Source: Elusimicrobiota bacterium
Lineage (GTDB): Bacteria > Elusimicrobiota > Elusimicrobia > Elusimicrobiales > UBA9959
Assembly: GCA_009773155.1 (NCBI GenBank)
Contig: WOVA01000001.1
Span: forward strand, 104,035 to 168,034
Direction of reading: 5' to 3'
Length of the DNA: 64,000 bases
A program made the position numbers and the translations under genes. Every line of letters starts with the position of its first letter. Positions within the stretch are counted from its first letter, which is position 1. Positions 19,279 through 25,871 of the stretch are shown here, piece after piece. The notes under the pieces are model-generated. The model was not told where the DNA came from and searched no databases. It saw nothing but the letters and a program-made list of their open reading frames with translations.

Positions 19279-20934
19279 TCACCGGGCGCCTCCGCTGACG
19301 CAGGCGGAATGGCAGGCGCCGTGGCAGGCCGAATGGCAGGCGCTGTGGCAGGCAGAGTGGCACGCGTCGTGACAGGCCGAATGGCACGCGTCGTGGCAGG
19401 CGTCGCGCCCGAAGGCCCCCTCGTAGCAGGACTTCGAGGTCCTGAAGGTCGCGAAATCCAGGGCGGCGGCGTCGCCGAGCGAACCTTTCAGCCCCTCGCC
19501 GACGGCGGCGGAATTATCGTAGCGGCTGTCGTCGAGGCGCAGGAAGCGGCGCCTGTAGCCGCCCCAGTACCAGCCTTGATCGGTCCCGGGGCCGGCCGGG
19601 ACGTCGGTCTCGGCCTTTTTCCTGTAATAGGCCTTCGTCTCCTCCAGGTCGGCGTCCCAGATCTTCTGCTCCATACCGGCCGCTATGCTTTTGACCATCT
19701 CTTTAAGCGCGGGCTCGTCCACCGAGCCGTCCGGCTTTATGCCGCCGAGCAGCAGCGTCTCGTAAGGATCGTTGCTGGCGTAGATATGCGGCGGCTTGCT
19801 CACGCGCAGCGGGTCGGTGCCGGTTATCTTAACCAGCCCCTTGCGCTCCATGTTGCCCAGTATCAGCGCGCCCAGTTCGATCAGCGGCAGGCCCAGTATC
19901 ACGCCCGCCTCTATGGGGCTGAGGTCCTTTGCCACCTTGCCCGGCTTGCGGAAAGAGCTGACCTGCGCCTTGGGCGGCTCCCATTCGGTGCCCTCCCAGT
20001 TGACCTCCGAGATGCCGGCCTGCGCCACCAGCATGGAATTGTGCTTGCGCGTCATTATGACGAAAGGCAGCACGCCGAAGAAGACGGCGAAGATCAGCGC
20101 CAGGAAGAGGGTCTCGCCGCGGCTGACCGGGACCGTGGCCAGTACGCCGCCGGGAAAATAGCGGCCAAGGTAATAGCTCTCCGGCGCGGCCCTCCAGGGA
20201 CCTTTCGGCGTGCCGGCCAGCAGACCCGCGGAAGCCATCGTCTGCAGATCGAACACGCCGGCGTCCATATAGGTCTGCGTGCGCATGTGGAACTTAGCGC
20301 CGGCGCCCTTCCTGTGATAGCGCACGGTGAACAGCCGCTCGCCGGCCTCGTTGACCGTCTCGGGATAATCGATGAGGTAGCGCTCGTTCACGAATTTTTC
20401 GGTCATGAACGAGAGACGGGCCGCCGCGGCCTCGCCGGTCTCGCCGGGACCGAGCGGCACGGGATAGACGACCTTCACCGTCATATGCTCCAGCGGCTCG
20501 TCCCACTGCACCGGCGACCAGTTGAAGACCGCCAGGCGCCTGTCGCCGGCCATGGTCTGGGTCAGCGTGCCGGCGGCCTGAAAATCCGCCGTGTAGCGGA
20601 AGAAGAAGGTAATGTCGCCGCCGCCGAACCCGCGGCCGCCGGCCAGGACGATATCGTACTTGCGGCCCGACAGATGGCTTATGTCCAGGCTGTAGCGCTC
20701 GCCGCGGTCGTCCACGGCGTAGGCGCCCGCGCGGTCGAACAGCGGCGGCTCGGCCGCGCCCTCGAAGTAGAAGGCGTGTATCTCGCGCCCGGTCACGCCC
20801 CAGCGCACTGTATAGGCCACCTGGCCGCGCCCGTCGCGGTCCAGGACCACCTCGGTCTCGGTCCATTTAAGGTCGTAGCCGGCCGACGCCAGAGAAGGCA
20901 GGCAGAATAACAGGCAGAAAATCAGTTTTTTCAT
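19279..20934 (-). CDS. Signal-peptide/TM protein (DUF2207-like architecture) ending in a C-terminal (Ala-Cys-His-X)x8 repeat tail
   Basis: Start at MKKLIFCLLFCLPSLASA (ATG 20934, GAGGGG upstream). One clear TM helix (LFLALIFAVFFGVLPFVIM then RKH). LSPIEAGVILG...MERKGLVKI region. C-terminus is GRD-ACHD-ACHS-ACHD-ACHS-ACHS-ACHS-ACHG-ACHS-ACVSGGAR. Confidence 0.75.
   Translation of the reverse strand: MKKLIFCLLFCLPSLASAGYDLKWTETEVVLDRDGRGQVAYTVRWGVTGREIHAFYFEGAAEPPLFDRAGAYAVDDRGERYSLDISHLSGRKYDIVLAGGRGFGGGDITFFFRYTADFQAAGTLTQTMAGDRRLAVFNWSPVQWDEPLEHMTVKVVYPVPLGPGETGEAAAARLSFMTEKFVNERYLIDYPETVNEAGERLFTVRYHRKGAGAKFHMRTQTYMDAGVFDLQTMASAGLLAGTPKGPWRAAPESYYLGRYFPGGVLATVPVSRGETLFLALIFAVFFGVLPFVIMTRKHNSMLVAQAGISEVNWEGTEWEPPKAQVSSFRKPGKVAKDLSPIEAGVILGLPLIELGALILGNMERKGLVKITGTDPLRVSKPPHIYASNDPYETLLLGGIKPDGSVDEPALKEMVKSIAAGMEQKIWDADLEETKAYYRKKAETDVPAGPGTDQGWYWGGYRRRFLRLDDSRYDNSAAVGEGLKGSLGDAAALDFATFRTSKSCYEGAFGRDACHDACHSACHDACHSACHSACHSACHGACHSACVSGGAR
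19300..19401 (-). repeat. Tandem 12-bp coding repeat (about 8.5 units) encoding ACHX tetrapeptides
   Basis: Plus-strand periodicity gcaggcNNaatg/gtg is visible across 19300-19401. Translates on the minus strand to ACHDACHSACHDACHSACHSACHSACHGACHSAC. Confidence 0.9.
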
Positions 20935-20986
20935 CGTACCCCTCGCCGGCTGGAACGGTGCCGCATTTTTCATATAATATAAAAAC

Positions 20987-21081
20987 GGGACGCTGATTAC
21001 TAAATGATTAATTATGCACAGGCACGGATCCCGTCTTGAGCGAAGACCAGAGGGAATTAATCATTTAGTAATCAGCGTCCC
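20987..21081. repeat. AT-rich hairpin element, copy 1: perfect 27-bp inverted repeat with 41-nt loop
   Basis: Left arm gggacgctgattactaaatgattaatt (20987-21013) is the exact reverse complement of 21055-21081. TATAAT lies at 20973-20978 just upstream, and SD GGAGG plus ATG 21099 lie just downstream. Near-identical copy at 60387-60472. Confidence 0.9.
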
Positions 21082-21098
21082 CTAAGCGGAGGACCGAA

Positions 21099-21506
21099 AT
21101 GATCAAGATCGTCAAACAATACAGCGTTTTCCTGCCTAACATCCCGGGCGCCCTGAGCAAGTTCGTGGAACTCTTCTCCAGGGAGGGCGTCAACATCATC
21201 GGCATAGCCTCCGAGATTCGCGACGACTCCGGCATCGTGCGCATCACCGTGGACACCGACCGCAAGATCAGCTACCTGCTGACCAACGCCGGCTTCACCA
21301 CCGTAGAGACGCAGATGATACTCATCGAGCTGCCCGACAAGCCCGGCACCCTCTTCAAACTGACCTCGATGCTGGCGGACAACGGCATCAATATCACCAC
21401 GGTCTACGGCACCACCTACACCGGGTCCATAGGCCACCTGCTGCTCAATGTCTCCGACGCGGGAAAGGCCATGGAGCTGATAAAGGGCATGCTGGAAACC
21501 AAATAG
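21099..21506 (+). CDS. Tandem ACT-domain protein (small-molecule-binding regulatory protein)
   Basis: 135 aa with two ACT-like halves (VFLPNIPGALSKFVELFSREGVNI; IELPDKPGTLFKLTSMLADNGINI). Confidence 0.75.
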   Translation: MIKIVKQYSVFLPNIPGALSKFVELFSREGVNIIGIASEIRDDSGIVRITVDTDRKISYLLTNAGFTTVETQMILIELPDKPGTLFKLTSMLADNGINITTVYGTTYTGSIGHLLLNVSDAGKAMELIKGMLETK

Positions 21507-21524
21507 CCCCTCCCGCCCGCGACA

Positions 21525-21566
21525 AAGAAGAAGGCCGCCGGACAACCGGCGGCCTTCTTCTTTTCC
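21525..21566. terminator. Bidirectional rho-independent terminator
   Basis: 17-bp perfect stem aagaagaaggccgccgg / ccggcggccttcttctt with loop acaa, followed by a T-run. Lies between convergent genes. Confidence 0.65.
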
Positions 21567-21576
21567 GGCACCCGGC

Positions 21577-22188
21577 TCAGACCGGCCTGCGGTATATCCC
21601 GGAGCCGGGCGGGTCCTCCGTGAAACCGACGCGCCGCAGGTAGCCGGCGTGCGGTTCCGAACCGGCCGAGGCGCGGAAGCAGGTGAAATCCCTGAACATG
21701 TCCGGGTGAAGCCCTTTATTGAAAAGGAAACGCGCGCTCTTGAGGTCGCGATAGTCCTCTATCACGAAATCCAGGTGTACCCGTATCTCGGGAGCCTCCT
21801 CGGTATAGACGAAAAGACCGACGGGCATCAGGTTGCGCAGGATGAAGACGCAACGGGGGTCTTTGAGCTTTTTCAGGTCGAACTCCGGGAAGAACTGCCA
21901 GACGCCGCGCGCGTAATAGGCCAGGAAGTTGGCCAGCAGCGGGTCGCCGGGCCCGGCCGGCATCAGCTTGAAGATATCGGCGCGGGACTTGAGCCGGATT
22001 ATATGCCAGGCGTCGATAACGGCGATGAAAGAGTTCACCGCCAGCACGGGCCAGATGCCGGCCAGGGCGGCGTAGACCACGAAGACCAGCGCGCCGGCCA
22101 GGTTGAGCACGCGCAGGCGCAGCACATTACTGGTCAGCAGCGAGAACGCCACCAGCGCCGACGCGGCGTAGCCTATCAGCTCGATCAC
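21577..22188 (-). CDS. Hypothetical membrane protein (three N-terminal TM helices, YgjV-like, plus soluble C-terminal domain)
   Basis: 203-aa ORF. Hydrophobic N-terminal 75 aa. 4-nt overlap with the upstream gene. Confidence 0.55.
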   Translation of the reverse strand: MIELIGYAASALVAFSLLTSNVLRLRVLNLAGALVFVVYAALAGIWPVLAVNSFIAVIDAWHIIRLKSRADIFKLMPAGPGDPLLANFLAYYARGVWQFFPEFDLKKLKDPRCVFILRNLMPVGLFVYTEEAPEIRVHLDFVIEDYRDLKSARFLFNKGLHPDMFRDFTCFRASAGSEPHAGYLRRVGFTEDPPGSGIYRRPV

Positions 22189-22865
22189 GAGTCGGCCAGC
22201 CCCAGCTCGTCCCCGGGCAGGATATTATCCAGGCTCCAGGGCACCATCTTGGCGAAGCTGTCGAGGATAACGATCGCGTTGCAGTTGGCGTCCTTCGAAG
22301 AGGCCTGCCGTATCCTGTCGGCCATGGCCCTGTTGAGGACCTCTATATCCGCGTAGGCGCGCTTGAGGCGCTCCAGGCTCCAGTCGGGCTCTTCGCCTTT
22401 CTTCATCGCCAGGTACTGCCGCGTCAGGTAGGAGGAGACGGACCGGTAGACGGTCTCGTTGAGCGAGGCGAAAGGGAGGTGGTAGCGGGCCATGGGCTTG
22501 AGCACCTCCATCACGGGGCAGCCGCTGGTCACCATGTAGACGCCTATAATGGAACTGAGGGCCGACTGGAGGCTGGTGCGCTTGAAATATTCCCGCTCGT
22601 CGGAAATAACGCGCGCCTCCACCGGCATGACGGAGCTTTTGTCGGCGAACCTGGCCGCGACGCCGGCCATGTTCACGGCCACCGGGCAGTAGTGCTCCGA
22701 AGCGGAGTCGAAAGGGCAGACGGGGCACTTGCAGCGGTCCAGCAGCGTCCAGTCCGGGAGAGGCCCGTCCGGCGCGGAGACCGCGCGCAGTGAGACAGGG
22801 TCGAGCCTTATCTCCACCGCCGTTTCAGACCCGTCCTCAAATTTTAGCTCGTATCTGTATAGCAT
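22185..22865 (-). CDS. Hypothetical cytoplasmic protein with CxCPxCP...CP cysteine motif
   Basis: 226-aa ORF with good codon periodicity. DRCKCPVCPFDSASEHYCPVAV motif. No family recognised. Confidence 0.55.
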   Translation of the reverse strand: MLYRYELKFEDGSETAVEIRLDPVSLRAVSAPDGPLPDWTLLDRCKCPVCPFDSASEHYCPVAVNMAGVAARFADKSSVMPVEARVISDEREYFKRTSLQSALSSIIGVYMVTSGCPVMEVLKPMARYHLPFASLNETVYRSVSSYLTRQYLAMKKGEEPDWSLERLKRAYADIEVLNRAMADRIRQASSKDANCNAIVILDSFAKMVPWSLDNILPGDELGLADS

Positions 22866-22986
22866 ATAAGTTCCGCGCTCCGTTCCGGCAGAAAAAGTAT
22901 ATTTAATTTTTGGACGCGCCGGGAGGGTTTTTCGGAATTACGTCCGCGAGATCTCCGAGGCCAACCAGTTCGACAAGATCATCTGC

Positions 22987-23664
22987 ATGGCCGGCCGCGA
23001 CGACTGGCAGCAGTTCCTGCACTACGGCTACGTGCTGGAGGCCGTGCTGAAGTACTATCACAAGGGCAAGGACGCCTTCGTGGTCAGCAAGTTCCGCTCG
23101 CAGGAGCGGCTGCACTCCGCTTCCATGATGGAGGAGATCCTGCTCATCGAGAGCGTCATGAACGAGCCCGCCGACGCGGAGCGCAAGCCGCTGCCGGGCG
23201 GGATGAAGATCCGCATGGCCAGGAAGGACGATATCGGCCAGCTGATAGAGCTCTACAAGGGCGTCTTCGAGTCCTACCCCTCGCCGCTGATACACCAGAG
23301 TTACATGGAGACCATCTTCCAGACCGACAGCCTCTTCTCGGTCTGCATGGAAGGCGACCGGATAGTGGCCGCGGCCAGCGCGGAGCTAAGCCATCATAAC
23401 CTGGCGGCCGAGCTGACCGACTGCGCCACGCTGCCCGGGAAGCGCGGCCAGGGCCTGATGCGCCACATCCTGCGCTTCCTGGAGAAGGAGCTGGTCTCGC
23501 GCAAGTACCGCTGCTCCTACACCATGGCCCGCGCGCGCAGCTTCGGCATGAACATGGTGTTCCACCAGCTCGGCTACGAGTTCATGGGCCGCATGACCAA
23601 CAACTGCGACATCTTCGGCGCTTTCGAGGACATGAACATCTGGGTGAGGAACCTGGAGAGCTAG
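22987..23664 (+). CDS. GNAT-family N-acetyltransferase resembling beta-lysine N-acetyltransferase (AblB-like), possibly 5'-truncated
   Basis: TLPGKRGQGLM acetyl-CoA-binding motif and a C-terminal ARSFGMNMVFHQLGYEF...NNCDIFG pattern that I associate with AblB-type enzymes. The in-frame sequence upstream of the ATG still looks homologous but has no canonical start. Confidence 0.6.
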   Translation: MAGRDDWQQFLHYGYVLEAVLKYYHKGKDAFVVSKFRSQERLHSASMMEEILLIESVMNEPADAERKPLPGGMKIRMARKDDIGQLIELYKGVFESYPSPLIHQSYMETIFQTDSLFSVCMEGDRIVAAASAELSHHNLAAELTDCATLPGKRGQGLMRHILRFLEKELVSRKYRCSYTMARARSFGMNMVFHQLGYEFMGRMTNNCDIFGAFEDMNIWVRNLES

Positions 23665-23681
23665 AGTCTCCCCTCCGACCG

Positions 23682-25412
23682 CTAAAGCGGCAGACCCGCG
23701 GCGAGCAGGTCTGCCGTTTTTCTTTGCGCCGGCGAAAGCGCGGGATAAACCGACCTGTAGAACTCTTCTCTTACGGACGGGACCTTCATCTGCGACAGCG
23801 CGGCCTGGCGGCAGGCTGAATACGCCCCTTCGGCCTGGGAGGGCTGATGCGGGATATACTCCGGGTGCGACGCGTTCTCAACGGCTATGACCAGCGAGCG
23901 CAGCTGGGCCGCCCCGAGCCTGTTCTTCTTAGTCCCGTCCGGATACGTCAGATCGAGGAACATGCAGCCCTGCACGATCGGAGCGCCGTAGAACTTTTCG
24001 ATCCCGGCCATCGCCCCGGGCAGAAAATCGTCGCGATGATGCAGGGTCTGCGCCGCGCCGTCGAACATGAGCGCGTCGGGATCGTTAACGCCTCCTTTTG
24101 AACGGATGAAATAGCGGTTAAGAAGTTCTATCCCTTTAGGGCTGCCTATTTCGGCCAGGGCGTCCGCGCCTTCCACCGCGACGCCGTGCGCTTCGAATAT
24201 CTCCATATGGCCGCCGTCGGGACCAAGGGCGTTGAGCCGCGCCAGCGCCCTGCTCACGCGGCCGAGCGCGGCCTTGACCGTCGCCTCCGGCGGCTTCTCC
24301 TTCAGCAGCCCCGCCTGGCGGTAATCGTAGAGGCACTGCGTCGCCAGGCTCCCCGTCCTGGTCGCGACCGCCGCGTCGACGTACTTCTCCGCGAGCAGCC
24401 CGGCGACGCCTTTATCCCCGAACATGCAGAGGCGGAAATAGGTCATCCAGACATTGTCGGGCGAGAAATCGGCGGCCTCCACGACGAACGGAACGAGGAC
24501 GTTGAACTCTTCCGGCAGAAAACGATCGCCGCCGGCGGAACCCCCGTAACGGCAGTCCCAGCGGCGGCCGTCCGGGCCTAGGCAGTCCCTGATTTCCGGC
24601 GGGATCTTTCTCACGGCCTCCACAAAAGCGGCGGGATCCTTAGGCCCCAGTTTCCGCTGGAGTACCGCCAGGAAATTAGTGCGCCGCGGAGCCGTGCTCA
24701 GCATGACGGCCGGAAGACCGTTCCCGTCAAGGTCCTCGTAAAGATACCAGGAAGAGAGGACCTCGCCCGCGGCCGAAAGCTCCGAGAGCCCCAGATGCGT
24801 GGCCGACCAGACCCGCCTGGAGAAAGGATCGGCCCTTATGACGCGGACTAGATTGCCGCTGAGGCCCTCTTTATCGGAGATCGTCTTTATCAGCGAGCCG
24901 TCCGCGGCGGACTGCACCACTATGCCGGAAGCGGGCCGCTCCCCGTATTCCCCGTCGCCGCGCGTTCCCAGCCAGAGCCTGCCGTCCGTCATCTCCGCGG
25001 CCGATACGCTGACACAGGGGCGGACATGGTCCTTCAGCGGCTCGCCGCCCAGTTTAAGCCAGTGCTTCTGGTCCACTCCCTCGGAGCAATAGGCGTCGCC
25101 TGCCTCCAGCACCGTCCCGTCCGAAGCCTGGAGCAGAACGGCGCCGTCCGCCCCCGCTTTGCGCGCCGGCCCGGCGGAAACCGGCATAAGCCGGCGGTAT
25201 TCCTTTTCCGGAACGCGGGAAAACGCGCGGGCTTCCCTGTCGAAAACAAAATAAACACCGCCGGGATCGGCGAAGCCGACGCTGGCGGTGGTGAAATTTA
25301 TTTCATTGAAATCCGGAAGCACGTCCCAGTCCGTGGCTTCCCGGCCCGCGTGCGCGGACGGCCCTGCAACCAGCAGAAGTATTAAAACCGCCGCGGAGTT
25401 TTTCATCCCCAT
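23682..25412 (-). CDS. Secreted hypothetical protein (beta-propeller-like N-terminal half, helical-repeat C-terminal half)
   Basis: Start trimmed to MGMKNSAAVLILLLVAGPSAHA (signal peptide), which removes the overlap with the upstream AlaX gene. No enzymatic motif recognised. Confidence 0.6.
   Translation of the reverse strand: MGMKNSAAVLILLLVAGPSAHAGREATDWDVLPDFNEINFTTASVGFADPGGVYFVFDREARAFSRVPEKEYRRLMPVSAGPARKAGADGAVLLQASDGTVLEAGDAYCSEGVDQKHWLKLGGEPLKDHVRPCVSVSAAEMTDGRLWLGTRGDGEYGERPASGIVVQSAADGSLIKTISDKEGLSGNLVRVIRADPFSRRVWSATHLGLSELSAAGEVLSSWYLYEDLDGNGLPAVMLSTAPRRTNFLAVLQRKLGPKDPAAFVEAVRKIPPEIRDCLGPDGRRWDCRYGGSAGGDRFLPEEFNVLVPFVVEAADFSPDNVWMTYFRLCMFGDKGVAGLLAEKYVDAAVATRTGSLATQCLYDYRQAGLLKEKPPEATVKAALGRVSRALARLNALGPDGGHMEIFEAHGVAVEGADALAEIGSPKGIELLNRYFIRSKGGVNDPDALMFDGAAQTLHHRDDFLPGAMAGIEKFYGAPIVQGCMFLDLTYPDGTKKNRLGAAQLRSLVIAVENASHPEYIPHQPSQAEGAYSACRQAALSQMKVPSVREEFYRSVYPALSPAQRKTADLLAAGLPL
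23687..23722 (+). terminator. Candidate rho-independent terminator for the GNAT gene, embedded in the 3' end of the convergent gene
   Basis: gcggcagacc / ggtctgccg stem (9 bp), 11-nt loop, then ttttt. Confidence 0.45.
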
Positions 25413-25429
25413 GCCCCCTCCCTGAACCG

Positions 25430-25870
25430 CTATTCCGCCAGCTTGAACCGTATCCGCAGGACGCCGTCGGCGAAGCCGGTGGAGATTATGCGGAAACCCC
25501 CTATCTCGCCCGTGTTCCTGACATGGACGCCGATGCACGGGCAGGCGTCGCGATCCCCTACTTTCACCACGCGCAGGCTGTCGCCGGCCGCGTCTTCGGG
25601 CAGACGGCCGAGGTTGAACCTGGCCGCCGCCTCCGCCCTGGGCAGGAACTCCTCGGTCACCGGCAGATCTGCCTTTATCGCCTCATTGACCAGCCGCTCC
25701 AGCTCCGCCCGCTCTTCCGCCGTCAGGTCGCGCTCGAAACGGTAATCGCATTTGGACTTCTTCTTCTCGATATGCGAGCTGAAGGCCCTTTTGCCGCCGA
25801 ACATGCGCACCATGCTGCCGTTGAGCAGGTGCTCGGCCGTATGCATCCGCGGATCGGCGTAGTCCTTCAT
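25430..25870 (-). CDS. alaX: Alanyl-tRNA editing protein AlaX-S type (tRNA synthetase second additional domain)
   Basis: HTAEHLL zinc motif near the N-terminus and CPCIGVHV second zinc motif. 146 aa. Confidence 0.8.
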   Translation of the reverse strand: MKDYADPRMHTAEHLLNGSMVRMFGGKRAFSSHIEKKKSKCDYRFERDLTAEERAELERLVNEAIKADLPVTEEFLPRAEAAARFNLGRLPEDAAGDSLRVVKVGDRDACPCIGVHVRNTGEIGGFRIISTGFADGVLRIRFKLAE

Positions 25871-25871
25871 A

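Noticed and set aside
19300-19401. The ACHX repeat read as overlapping CX3CH c-type heme-binding motifs, or the DNA repeat read as a CRISPR-like array
   Set aside because: Heme reading: each Cys would be shared by two motifs, which is chemically impossible for covalent heme attachment. The tail is predicted to be cytoplasmic (positive-inside after the single TM), and no cytochrome c maturation genes are nearby. CRISPR reading: the units are 12 bp, contiguous, without spacers, and lie in frame inside a CDS.
17854-20910. 1018-aa plus-strand ORF across the radical SAM and ACHX-tail genes
   Set aside because: It is antisense to genes with clear CX3CX2C/SPASM motifs, a signal peptide and SD sequences. 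The translation is Arg/Ala/Gly-rich low complexity. Treated as a shadow ORF. The same applies to 606-1739(-), 2166-3584(-), 5890-7095(-), 11946-14198(-), 26142-27818(+), 27990-30386(+), 48241-50526(+) and similar ORFs.
20987-21081. Calling the AT-rich hairpin elements classical MITEs with target-site duplications
   Set aside because: Copy 2 is flanked by TA on both sides, but copy 1 is flanked by aaaac on the left and cTAag on the right. I therefore cannot show a consistent duplication. With only two copies visible, mobility is unproven, so they are reported as structured repeats instead.
25413-25538. Upstream 42 codons of the 618-aa secreted-protein ORF
   Set aside because: This segment overlaps the 3' end of the AlaX gene and encodes an Arg/His-rich peptide. 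The internal MGMKNSAAVLILLLVAGPSAHA is a proper signal peptide and removes the overlap.
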